Source of the DNA: Vulcanimicrobiota bacterium
Lineage (GTDB): Bacteria > Vulcanimicrobiota > Xenobia > Xenobiales > JADMJV01
Direction of reading: 5' to 3'
Assembly: GCA_041676625.1 (NCBI GenBank)
Contig: JBAYRN010000015.1
Coordinates: forward strand, 1,555-65,554
Length of the DNA stretch: 64,000 bases
The position numbers and the translations under genes are program-made. Positions within the stretch are counted from its first letter, which is position 1, and every line of letters begins with the position of its first letter. Positions 9,274-18,415 of the stretch are shown piece after piece. The notes under the pieces were generated by a model. It made no database searches. It saw only the letters and a list, made by a program, of their open reading frames with translations, and was not told where the DNA came from.

Positions 9274-9945
9274 ATGCTTGCCACCCACCAGGGGGTGGTG
9301 GGGCCACTGATTAGCGGGGCACCCCAGAAATTCCTTCGTGATACTCCCCACAGGGGAGTGCGGGGCTTCGCCGAAGCCGTAGGCGTGAACGAACTACCGC
9401 AAAATCTGGTGCGGGAATGCTCCAGAGATCTCCTGGGAGGATGGAAAAACGATCCGGACCTGGCCGGAGCCTACGTGGTCACGCTACTGGAACCCAAAAC
9501 CCTGGAGGTTGAAGTACGCCAAATGGGAAGAGTGGCAAAGTTTTCTCCCGGCCAGTTTCGAAACGCTCTCAAATCCGCCCGGGACTGTCACAGTACCGGG
9601 TGGCCGTGCGCGCCCAAGGGGCTGGGATACCCGGTAAAGCACGACGGCTCGCTTTACGGAGTCTGCATCCTTTTTCTCGCCCAGGGAGCACCGATCTCGA
9701 GTCGCTGGGCCCTACAGGTCGAGGAGTACTCCCGAAAAGTGGCGCCTCTCATCCGTTCAGGGAAGGGCTCTAGAAGTTCCGGAATCCCTGATCTCAAGGC
9801 TCTGGCCAACGTGATCCCCAGGGAGCTGGCTCCCCCCAAGACCCTTGCCAAACCCCATTGGGAGCAGAGCAAGACCCGAGTCCACGCTCCCGTTCCCGAA
9901 GAGTTGCACGTTCATCTGCTCCTCGATCATCGACCACTTTTTTAG
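9274..9945 (+). CDS. Hypothetical protein (GAF-like fold suspected only)
   Basis: 223-aa ORF in a region with no competing long ORF, and its codon usage is plausible. The start is uncertain because ATG 9274 lies only 15 nt from the divergent gene start. I recognised no signature motif. Confidence 0.4.
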   Translation: MLATHQGVVGPLISGAPQKFLRDTPHRGVRGFAEAVGVNELPQNLVRECSRDLLGGWKNDPDLAGAYVVTLLEPKTLEVEVRQMGRVAKFSPGQFRNALKSARDCHSTGWPCAPKGLGYPVKHDGSLYGVCILFLAQGAPISSRWALQVEEYSRKVAPLIRSGKGSRSSGIPDLKALANVIPRELAPPKTLAKPHWEQSKTRVHAPVPEELHVHLLLDHRPLF

Positions 9946-9954
9946 GATAACCAG

Positions 9955-11376
9955 TTGAGCTCCAAAGTTTGCATTCTCTACACTGGCGGTACTTTCGGGA
10001 TGACCCCGAGTATGCCGGAGATGACCTCTTCCCCCCTGGCCCCAGCCGACAAAGCCGCTCTGGAGGCAGCCCTCGACGGGGCCGGTCGCGGCCGGGGCAT
10101 AGACTGGGAGTTGCACTCTCTCACCGTAGACGACGGCTCGGAACTCGGTCCCTTGGACAGTTCCGCGGTGGGCCCTGAACACTGGCTCGCCATCGCCGCC
10201 AGTATCGAGCGGCTTTACTCCCGCTACGACGGCTTCGTGGTGATCCATGGCACCGATACCCTGGCCTACACGGCCTCGGCCCTTTCCTTTTTGCTGGTAA
10301 ACCTGGCCAAGCCGGTGGTGGTGACGGGGAGCCAGCGCCCCATCTTTTTCGAGCGAACCGATGCCCACCAGAACTTCCTCAACGCCCTTTACGTGGCCGG
10401 CTACAAAGCGGTGGGGCTACCCTGTGTGCCGGAGGTGACGGTTTGCTTCGGAGACCACCTCTTACGGGGAAACCGGACTCGAAAAATCAGCGTGGAGGCA
10501 AGAGCAGCTTTCAGTTCACCAAACTACCCTGCCCTGGGCACCTTCGGTGCCTCCATTCACATCGACCGCAGCCATATCCGAGAAGTGCCTAGCTCCGATC
10601 GGCCTTTCTACGTCCATCGCAAGCTTGAAGATCGGGTGATGGATCTTACCCTTTATCCGGGGGTGAGGGGTGACCAATTACGGCCGATCTTCGAGCGCGA
10701 CGACATCAAGGGCTTCGTCCTTCGCACCTTCGGCAGCGGCACCACCCCCAGAGACCCCGAGTTGCTGGAAGCCGTGGCCCGGGCTGCCCGCCAGGGAACC
10801 CTGATGCTGGTGGTAACCCAGTGTGTGGAAGGCAGCGTCGATCTCGGCCGCTACGACGCCTCGACCAATCTTCTCCAGGCCGGGGTGGTCAGTGGGTTCG
10901 ATCTCACTCCTGAGACGGCGCTCACCAAATTGATGTGGATCCTGTCTCTGGAGCAAGGCCCGGAACTCAACGCCCAGGTCCAGGTGAGCCACCGGGGTGA
11001 GCAAACTTATGATCATCACCACCTGATCTTCGAAGGGGGCGAAGGCGAGAAATCTCTTTCCTTTTCAGGACGCCCCTCGGCACCCTTTGCGCGCCATAAC
11101 TTGCAGCGGGCTCTGCTCAGGGTCTCGGAATGCGAGAACAGCCGCCTCACCTTCTTTCTCAACGCCAGTGGAGTCGATCCCACCACCTCCGCCGAGGATG
11201 TTCGTAGCCTGGGCGCCATGAACGTGATCAACGGCCAGGGAGTTCTGGATGTGACCCGCAGCCTGCAACGCTTGATGGTGGAGAACCGGCCGTTGCGCCT
11301 CACCGTGACCGCAGGCGGAGAAGCCCTGAAAATTCATCGGGTTGATCTCAGTCTACTGGTCAACGCGGAAAACTAA
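9955..11376 (+). CDS. ansA: L-asparaginase, type I (cytoplasmic AnsA-like) with an extra C-terminal domain of about 120 aa
   Basis: CILYTGGTFGM (catalytic TGGT), VVIHGTDTLAYTA (HGTDT) and the VVTGSQRP motif. TTG start with AGGA 8 nt upstream. Residues from about 352 to 473 lie beyond the normal asparaginase fold. Confidence 0.9.
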   Translation: MSSKVCILYTGGTFGMTPSMPEMTSSPLAPADKAALEAALDGAGRGRGIDWELHSLTVDDGSELGPLDSSAVGPEHWLAIAASIERLYSRYDGFVVIHGTDTLAYTASALSFLLVNLAKPVVVTGSQRPIFFERTDAHQNFLNALYVAGYKAVGLPCVPEVTVCFGDHLLRGNRTRKISVEARAAFSSPNYPALGTFGASIHIDRSHIREVPSSDRPFYVHRKLEDRVMDLTLYPGVRGDQLRPIFERDDIKGFVLRTFGSGTTPRDPELLEAVARAARQGTLMLVVTQCVEGSVDLGRYDASTNLLQAGVVSGFDLTPETALTKLMWILSLEQGPELNAQVQVSHRGEQTYDHHHLIFEGGEGEKSLSFSGRPSAPFARHNLQRALLRVSECENSRLTFFLNASGVDPTTSAEDVRSLGAMNVINGQGVLDVTRSLQRLMVENRPLRLTVTAGGEALKIHRVDLSLLVNAEN

Positions 11377-11400
11377 GAAACACTCCGGCCAAGGTCAATG

Positions 11401-11432
11401 AAAAAGAGACCCCCGAGGAGGTCTCTTTTTTC
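11401..11432. terminator. Bidirectional rho-independent terminator between convergent genes
   Basis: AAAAAGAGACC-cccgagga-GGTCTCTTTTT forms a perfect 11-bp stem. Its A-run and T-run flanks give a U-tract on either strand. Confidence 0.8.
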
Positions 11433-11452
11433 ATTGTCAACGTGTTTCGGAC

Positions 11453-13423
11453 TTATTTCTTACCGAACATCAGGAATCCACCGACTCCGACGAGCAGCAG
11501 AGCACCCAGGGCGATGAGGCCCCACTTGTTGCCGCCGCTGCTACCACCGGTGCCAGTGCTGGTGGCGCCGGAGGCCAGCAGTTGCTGTCCGGAGGTTTGA
11601 ACCTCGGCCAGTTTGCCTTCGACTTTGATTTCAGGAGCATCGACTGCTACCAACTTCACATCGTCGGCGGAGGCGTCCACCGAGACCGAAGCCGAGGCGG
11701 GCAAGCCCATCATTTCCTTGATCTGAACATCGCTCATTCCAGGGAAAAAGTTGCTGAAGTAGAGCCGTCCGTCAATCTTGGACTCCTGACCCTCGGGCAA
11801 CTGAGCGTCGAAATACAACCCGGTCAGAGTCGCATCCAGTTGAGCCTGGGACATGGCCAGTTTGGAGATACCGCTCAGGTCGGTGGTCTCACTGCTACCC
11901 TTCAGGGTGACTTTATTGCCGGACATTTCGGCCAGAAAGGTCATCCCTTTGAGGTCGAAAGATTCCAGTTCCTTGACCACTTCCGCAGGAGCGTTGGTGC
12001 TCTTGGCAGCCTCGGCCATCATGCCTTTGTAGAAATGAAACAGGTCTCCATCGGTGTAGAGGTAGAGGTCTCCCACCAGTTGGGTGCTATCCTTGAGGTC
12101 CACACTGATCTTACCGACGGCTTTCTCAGCTACCGGTACGCCCAGTTCTTTGGCCTTGGCGACGTAGTCTTTGTAATTCTTGCTCAGCAGGTTTCCGCTG
12201 GCCTTAAAGGAGATGTCTTGCTCCTGTTTGCCGAGCGAGAACTCGGCATTACCGGAAACCGTCAGGCTCGACGCGATGGCTGCTTTTAAAGCAGCTACGC
12301 CCTGGCTGGTGTTAGCATTGAGCAGGGTCTCGATGAAGGGCTGGAAAGCGGCTCCCATCGGCCCCATCTCCCGAGTAAACTCGGCCGCAATTTCACGGTT
12401 TTGCTGCTTCTGAATACCGGGCAGAATGACCATGTAGCCTTCCAGGAAGCTATTCAGGTTGGAAGCATTGACTTCGAAGGTACCGTCCATTTTGTTTTCG
12501 GTTACAGCCATGGTGAAGGCGAACTTGTCGAACTTCACTTCCAGCATCTTCTCGAAAGCACCCTGAACGTTGACGTCGGGACCCATTTCACCTTGAAGCT
12601 GGCCGGAGACCATACCCAGGTAAGGGCGGATCGTGCCTCGGAGGTCGATGATGGTCATTTTGGCTTTGCCCACCTTCAACTCACCTTCTTCGGTGGGAGC
12701 GGGAAACTCCAGGCCTTCATACTGGATATTGGCTTGTTTCAATTGGGCTTCAAGCATCCCGGCCATAGCGGGGAGTTGGTCCAGTTGAGCAGCCAGGGGA
12801 TCGGCCTTGGGAACCTTGATTTCAAAACTGATGGTGGTTTTGTTGTCGGCTTCAGTGATCTCCAGGCTCAGAGCGTCGAAGGGCACCTCATCGGCGTTGA
12901 TGTCGGCACCGGAAAGACTGAACTTTCCGGAACTCGTCATGGCTTTGAAGTCTCCATCGAACTTCATATCGCCGCTTCCGTTGGGAATCTCTTCCCCGTC
13001 CTGGGCCGGGAAAAGCATATCCAGTTTGAAGTCGGCCGCGGACTGATCGCCCTCGGTCACACTCTCCAAACCGATGTTAAACTTTTTCGGAGCATCGGGG
13101 CTATTGGGCGGCAGCTTGGCATCTACGTAACCGATGGCCTCGATCTGAGTGCCGCTGGCGCTGGTATAAAGATAGACATTCGCGTCCTGAGTCTCCGGTG
13201 AGTTCTTGATGGTGAGCTCACCGTCGATGGCGCTTTTGCCCGACTTAAAGTCGGCCGAAGCCTTGACCGTGCCGGAGGCATCGGCATCGGCCGGCTGGGT
13301 TTCAGAGAACTGAACGACCGCGTTTCGGTCTCCAGTCACCTTTACTGTTACTTCTTCGGCCCCAACGCTGCTAAAGCTCAAGAGAGCCAACAGTGTAAGG
13401 ATCGCGTTAATTCTTTTCATCAT
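11453..13423 (-). CDS. Secreted acidic surface protein with a signal peptide and a C-terminal Gly/Ser linker + TM + KK anchor. Function unknown.
   Basis: 656 aa. N-terminal MMKRINAILTLLALLSFSSVGAEE (signal peptide). No Cys residues. C-terminal GGSSGGNKWGLIALGALLLVGVGGFLMFGKK. GGGGAG lies 10 nt upstream of the start, and a strong terminator follows the gene. Confidence 0.8.
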   Translation of the reverse strand: MMKRINAILTLLALLSFSSVGAEEVTVKVTGDRNAVVQFSETQPADADASGTVKASADFKSGKSAIDGELTIKNSPETQDANVYLYTSASGTQIEAIGYVDAKLPPNSPDAPKKFNIGLESVTEGDQSAADFKLDMLFPAQDGEEIPNGSGDMKFDGDFKAMTSSGKFSLSGADINADEVPFDALSLEITEADNKTTISFEIKVPKADPLAAQLDQLPAMAGMLEAQLKQANIQYEGLEFPAPTEEGELKVGKAKMTIIDLRGTIRPYLGMVSGQLQGEMGPDVNVQGAFEKMLEVKFDKFAFTMAVTENKMDGTFEVNASNLNSFLEGYMVILPGIQKQQNREIAAEFTREMGPMGAAFQPFIETLLNANTSQGVAALKAAIASSLTVSGNAEFSLGKQEQDISFKASGNLLSKNYKDYVAKAKELGVPVAEKAVGKISVDLKDSTQLVGDLYLYTDGDLFHFYKGMMAEAAKSTNAPAEVVKELESFDLKGMTFLAEMSGNKVTLKGSSETTDLSGISKLAMSQAQLDATLTGLYFDAQLPEGQESKIDGRLYFSNFFPGMSDVQIKEMMGLPASASVSVDASADDVKLVAVDAPEIKVEGKLAEVQTSGQQLLASGATSTGTGGSSGGNKWGLIALGALLLVGVGGFLMFGKK

Positions 13424-13586
13424 AAATTTTTTCTCCCCAAATGGGTTTCAGCATGGGATTTGGAGGAGCGGCCTTCTCTCCTGTTACGGGGGTTCCTTCC
13501 GGTATCTGACCCCAATAAGTTAAGGTTTAGCCCGATCATGGCGGGGAATCATGAACGGACAAAGATTCGAATAGGAGAGATAAATT

Positions 13587-14105
13587 ATGGGAAAATCTAC
13601 ACTTTTAGTCAATGAAGCCCTGATCGATCTGCTCAACCAGCAGATCCAGAACGAACTGAAGGCGGCCGCTCAATATATGGCGATAGCCGTTTATTTTGAG
13701 TCGGAGAGTCTGCCCGCCCTGGGTGGATTCTTCTTTCAGCAAGCCGACGAAGAGCGTCAGCACGCCCTGAAATTCGTGCACTACCTGCTGGATGCCGGGG
13801 CCAAACCCGAAATCCCCAGCCTGCCCAACCTGCGCAACGATTTCACCAGTGCCGCCGACGCGGTCGAGTGCGCCCTGGACGGCGAACTCGAAGTGACCCG
13901 CCAGATCAACAACCTGGTGGGTGCCGCCACCAAGCACAACGACTACATGACGCACACCTTCCTCCAGTGGTTCGTGACCGAACAACTGGAAGAGGTTTCC
14001 ACCATGTCGACGCTGCTCGATACCATCAAGCACGCCAAGGATCAACTCTTGTTGGTGGAAGATCTGGTGCGACGGGGCGAGATCGGTCAACACGAAGGCG
14101 AGTAG
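13587..14105 (+). CDS. ftn: Ferritin (non-haem bacterial Ftn type)
   Basis: 172 aa. The ferroxidase-centre pattern is present: LNQQIQNELKAAAQYMAIA, QQADEERQHALKF, LQWFVTEQLEE. An AGGAGAG RBS precedes the start. Confidence 0.9.
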   Translation: MGKSTLLVNEALIDLLNQQIQNELKAAAQYMAIAVYFESESLPALGGFFFQQADEERQHALKFVHYLLDAGAKPEIPSLPNLRNDFTSAADAVECALDGELEVTRQINNLVGAATKHNDYMTHTFLQWFVTEQLEEVSTMSTLLDTIKHAKDQLLLVEDLVRRGEIGQHEGE

Positions 14106-14110
14106 TCGTC

Positions 14111-17100
14111 TTATTCGGCGAACACTTGCACGCGTTCCACCCCGTAAGGTAAGGGAGTATCGTTGGGAGCAAGAACCACCTGAGCCCGTATGCGTTCGCG
14201 CAGGGCGGGCACGTGGGAAATGATTCCAACGGTCCTCCCTTCTTGCTTTAAGCTCTCCAAACAGTCCAGGGCTGCTTCCAGGGCGCGCTTGTCCAGATAG
14301 CCAAACCCCTCGTCTATAAAGAGAGTCTGCAGTTTTTCCCGGCTGTCACGCTCACTCTGCAGGATGTCTCCCAGCGCCAGCGCCAGGGCCAGCGAGGCTA
14401 GAAACGATTCTCCGCCCGAAAGGGTGGTGGCGGATCGCTCCCGGCCTGCCAAAAAGTCCATCACCGTCACTTCCAAGCCGGCTTTCAGGCCCAGACAAAA
14501 GCGGTTCGGAGCCAACACTTCCATCCTCAGATTGGCCGCCTCGATCACCCGACGGAACAACTTCTGCAAATACCAGTCGTGAAAGGCCATCCCCGCCTCT
14601 TCCCCGGACAGTCCGGCCAGTCGCTGCAGGTTGGCGGCTCGAGTCTCCAGGTGGCGAATCTCTTCGACCACCGCGTCGTACCTGGCAACATCTTCCCGCG
14701 ACTGCTCCATGGACTTCTCCAGCGTGGCCCGGCGCCCCGCCTTCAGTTGAAGCTGCTCTCTCTCCCGGGCCAGAACCTGGCGGATCTGTTCGGAGCGCAT
14801 CTCCGGCGCGGGCATGGTGGCCAGCAGTTCCTGGGATTGGTGTAGCTGCCGTTCCACGGTGCGGATCAAGGTTTCCCGATCCAGCACGGAGCTGTCACCC
14901 CTAACACTGGCTTCCCGGGCCATTCGACCCAGGGCAAAACTCAGGTCGTCCCAGCCCGCGAAGTCCAGCTTGAAGCTATCCTCCAGTTCGGCCTTGAGGT
15001 GGTTGGCCCTACCCTGCAGTTCGTCTCGGCGCATCTCCGAAGCCCTGCTCTCGGCTAGCTGAAGAGCGAAGGTCTCAGCCATCAATTCGGCCCGCTCGGT
15101 AGAGAATCGATGACTCTCTAACTCTTCCAGGCGCTCCTCCAGGCTCTGCTTCTCCTCTTCCACCGAACGCACCAATTCGTCGAACCCGGTTTCTTTCAGG
15201 CGGCCAAAAAATTCTCGCATGGTGACTTGCACCGCTTCCTTACGTGAATCGTATTGGGCTGAGACACCCTCCACCGTGGCCTGCAGACGCTCCTTCAGCA
15301 AGCGCATCTTCTTCAGGCGAACTCGAGCCGGTTTCAACTCCGAGCGCATAGCTTTGAGCTCTTTAAGCAGGTCCTCTTTCTTAGAAACCCTCGATTCCAC
15401 GACCTGAATGGTGTTTCTCAACCCCGAGAGCGTTTGTTCATCCAGGTCGGGTAGCACGTGCTCTTCCTCCTCCCGTTCCTGGAGGCGCCCGCCCAACCGG
15501 GCTACCCGCTCTCGAGCCTGGCCCAATTCCGCTCGAGCGTGCTCCAAACGCCGCTCCAGCGCGTCCAACCCCTCCTCGGACTCCATGACTTCAGCCTTCT
15601 TTTTTCGCCTCCCCTGAAACGGATCCGGGTGGGTCTCTGAACCGCAAAGAGGGCACGGCTGCCCCGACTTCAGTTGAGATTTCAGTCTGCGCAGCGACTC
15701 TTCCAGGTCAAGCTCCCTCTGCCGGGCCAGGGTTTCCCGGAGTTCTCGCTTCTCCGCTTCGAATTGATCGATGAGATCCAGAAAGCGGATTTCCCGAGCC
15801 CTGGCTTGCTCGAAGGCCTCCTGCAGGGCTTCGCTCTGGCGTCTCTTGCCTCTTTGCCTCTCCACGGTGTCAAGCTCCGCCTTCAGCCCGGCCAGCCGGG
15901 CCTCACCGGCTTTGATCTTTTCCAACTCCTGCTCGGTCAGCTCGATCTCCGCCTTCTGGTCCTTGATACTCAAGGCCAACTCGGCACGCAACTGCCCAAG
16001 TTCAGCGAGTTTCTCTTCGATCCGTTCCAACTCATCGGCCAGAGCCTGCACCCCTTGATAATCCTCCACCAGAGTGTCCAGCCGCTCCAGAGAGCGCCGA
16101 AGATTGAAACGCTCTTCCTCTAGAAGGCGGGCTTTTTCTACCTCCTCTTCTAGAAAGTTGGTGTCGGACTTCAAGCGCTCGTACTCGGCTCGCTGGTACT
16201 GAAGCTCCTCCTCAATCTTTTCTGCTTCCATCTGGACCCGGCGCCACTGCTCAAAGATCGGTAGGCTCTCCTGAAGACGCGCGACCAGCGCCGACTCCTC
16301 GTCATCGTCCTCATCTTCGCGCAACAGAGTGAGCTCCCGCTCGGACATCCCCCGCTGCCGGTCGAGCACTTCATAACGAACCGCTTCTTCCAGCGATTGC
16401 TCCCACTCCAGGCTGCGCTCCTGAAGAGCCCGACAATCGGAAGCGACCGCTTCTAACTCTCCTTGAGCGCGTTGATACATTTCCCTGGGGTCTCCCTGAG
16501 AGGAGTGATAGCGGGCGGTGATCTCTTCTCTGCGAATCCAGGCCTCCTCCAGTTTTCTTTTGGCTTGCTGGTGAGCTGCCTTGACCGCATCTTCCAGGCG
16601 CTGGTGGCGAGAGCTATTGAAGATATTGGCCAGGATCTGGTGCCTCTCGGCCCCCTCAGCCAGGAGAAACTTGCGAAAACTGCCCTGGGGCAAGATCGCG
16701 ACCTGGCAAAACTGTTCGGCGTTGAGCCCGAAAAGTTTTGAAATCATGGCCTCCACGCCCCCGGCAGAAGAGCTGATGATGTCGCGCCGAGTGGGTTCCC
16801 CGATAGCAGGAAGCCTATACAGCATCACCTCGTCGGGTTGAACCCGGGTGCCTTCCATGACAAACCGACGATCGATCCGATAGGCCTGCCCAAGGCTCTC
16901 GAAGTCCAGAGTGACAGCGGTCTCCTGACCGGCCGGGGTGCCCAGGTGTCGCAACCCCGAGCGGTCCCGCTCCCCTCCCGAACTTCTTCCGTAGAGGGCA
17001 AAGCAGATCCCGTCCAGGAGAAACGTCTTACCGCTACCAACCGGACCGTGGATCAAGAAAAGCTTGCTGTAGCGAAGAGCTCGCAGATCGATGACCTGCT

Positions 17101-17149
17101 CTTGCTGGAAAGGTCCGAAGGCCTGCAGAGCGAGTCGAAGTAGCTTCAT
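14111..17149 (-). CDS. sbcC: SbcC / Rad50-family DNA repair exonuclease ATPase subunit
   Basis: 1012 aa. Walker A HGPVGSGKTF, a long coiled coil with the Zn-hook GQPCPLCGSETHP, signature LSGGESF and Walker B LFIDEGFG. It overlaps sbcD by 4 nt. Confidence 0.95.
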   Translation of the reverse strand: MKLLRLALQAFGPFQQEQVIDLRALRYSKLFLIHGPVGSGKTFLLDGICFALYGRSSGGERDRSGLRHLGTPAGQETAVTLDFESLGQAYRIDRRFVMEGTRVQPDEVMLYRLPAIGEPTRRDIISSSAGGVEAMISKLFGLNAEQFCQVAILPQGSFRKFLLAEGAERHQILANIFNSSRHQRLEDAVKAAHQQAKRKLEEAWIRREEITARYHSSQGDPREMYQRAQGELEAVASDCRALQERSLEWEQSLEEAVRYEVLDRQRGMSERELTLLREDEDDDEESALVARLQESLPIFEQWRRVQMEAEKIEEELQYQRAEYERLKSDTNFLEEEVEKARLLEEERFNLRRSLERLDTLVEDYQGVQALADELERIEEKLAELGQLRAELALSIKDQKAEIELTEQELEKIKAGEARLAGLKAELDTVERQRGKRRQSEALQEAFEQARAREIRFLDLIDQFEAEKRELRETLARQRELDLEESLRRLKSQLKSGQPCPLCGSETHPDPFQGRRKKKAEVMESEEGLDALERRLEHARAELGQARERVARLGGRLQEREEEEHVLPDLDEQTLSGLRNTIQVVESRVSKKEDLLKELKAMRSELKPARVRLKKMRLLKERLQATVEGVSAQYDSRKEAVQVTMREFFGRLKETGFDELVRSVEEEKQSLEERLEELESHRFSTERAELMAETFALQLAESRASEMRRDELQGRANHLKAELEDSFKLDFAGWDDLSFALGRMAREASVRGDSSVLDRETLIRTVERQLHQSQELLATMPAPEMRSEQIRQVLAREREQLQLKAGRRATLEKSMEQSREDVARYDAVVEEIRHLETRAANLQRLAGLSGEEAGMAFHDWYLQKLFRRVIEAANLRMEVLAPNRFCLGLKAGLEVTVMDFLAGRERSATTLSGGESFLASLALALALGDILQSERDSREKLQTLFIDEGFGYLDKRALEAALDCLESLKQEGRTVGIISHVPALRERIRAQVVLAPNDTPLPYGVERVQVFAE

Positions 17150-18252
17150 AAGCTCTCGTCAAGCTCCCTCAAAAGGTCCATGCACTCCTGGTCCAATTCA
17201 AACTTGCCGACTTCCCGACAGTACTCCTGATAGTCCCGAATCAGCGCCGATATCGCCTCCGGTTCTTCCTCTTCTGCGGCGGCAAAGGGTGAAGGAAGTT
17301 CCACCGACACCACGTTGGGGCTCAGGATCCGAAGGTCGGCGCGTTGTTCGGGTGACAAGTTCTTCTCTTCCGAACGCAAAACCACCAGGTCATCGGTGCG
17401 AAGCTGGCTTCCCTGGTCCATCAACTCTTCCCAGCTGCCTTCCAAGACCTTTAAATTTCGCCGGGGTCGGAGAGGGTAGTGGTCGATGTAGACCTGATTC
17501 TTACCGGTGATTTCGTAAACGGTGACCGAGCGGCCCCTCTCCTGAGCTTCGGCTTCGTAACAGAGAAGACTGCCGCTGTAGTAAGCGTTGAGAGTCCCCA
17601 AGCGCAGAGGCTGGTGGCGCCCGCCCAGCGCGGCGACGTCGAAAAACTCCAGCAGGCGCTTCTCCAACGGTTGACCACCGGGTTGGATCAAAGGTCCGAA
17701 CTCTGGCACTCTCCCCCCGTCCTGAGCCCAGGCATAGCCCACAAAGACGTTGATCTCGCCGGGGTCCAGTCGCTGCACGACCTTCTCCACCAGGCGGTGC
17801 CCGACCAGGGCCGGGTGCTCCGGAGCGCCGCTGATCGAGGTTCCGCCTCTAGGATACGGCAGGCACCAGGTCTTGACCTCAAAGTTATCTCGAGCACCCG
17901 AAAACGACATGGGTGATAGAACCTGGGTCACGTCATCGATCAGGTGAATCCCGGCCTCCTTTACCCAACGCCCATCCAGATGCAGAGGCCGAAAGTCATC
18001 CGAAGGCCCGGCCAGAAAAATCAGGGTGGTACCCAGATTCAAGAACCGGTTGAGGCTGTGATGAAACAGTTCGAGAGCTTCCTCGCCGGGTTGTCGATGG
18101 TGAAAAACATCACCGGCGATGACCATAACGTCCGGGTTCAAATCCCGCACCAGGTGAAACATCTGATCCAAGACGTACTCCTGGTCGCTGCGTAGCGAGC
18201 GACCGAAAAAGCGCTGTCCCAGATGCCAATCCGAAGTGTGGAGTAGTCGCAC
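17146..18252 (-). CDS. sbcD: SbcD / Mre11-family nuclease subunit
   Basis: MRLLHTSDWHLG and VMVIAGDVFHH are calcineurin-like phosphoesterase motifs. The gene is coupled to sbcC. Confidence 0.95.
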   Translation of the reverse strand: MRLLHTSDWHLGQRFFGRSLRSDQEYVLDQMFHLVRDLNPDVMVIAGDVFHHRQPGEEALELFHHSLNRFLNLGTTLIFLAGPSDDFRPLHLDGRWVKEAGIHLIDDVTQVLSPMSFSGARDNFEVKTWCLPYPRGGTSISGAPEHPALVGHRLVEKVVQRLDPGEINVFVGYAWAQDGGRVPEFGPLIQPGGQPLEKRLLEFFDVAALGGRHQPLRLGTLNAYYSGSLLCYEAEAQERGRSVTVYEITGKNQVYIDHYPLRPRRNLKVLEGSWEELMDQGSQLRTDDLVVLRSEEKNLSPEQRADLRILSPNVVSVELPSPFAAAEEEEPEAISALIRDYQEYCREVGKFELDQECMDLLRELDESL

Positions 18253-18415
18253 AAGGGATCGTGTTCGGGTGGTTGGTTCTCTGCCCTGTATCCCTAAAAA
18301 AAACCGATTTCTAGAAATTGTAAAGAAAATTTCAGATTCGATTAAGGCCCACCATGTACATTGGTTCTAACAAGAAAAAGATACCGAGAATTTTCAAGGA
18401 GATCCATACTAACTC

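Noticed and set aside
9274-11376. The 223-aa ORF and the asparaginase are in the same frame, separated by a single TAG plus three codons, which could suggest a read-through or split gene.
   Set aside because: Asparaginases normally begin just before the ILYTGGT motif, as this one does with its own RBS. Being in the same frame has a 1-in-3 chance expectation.
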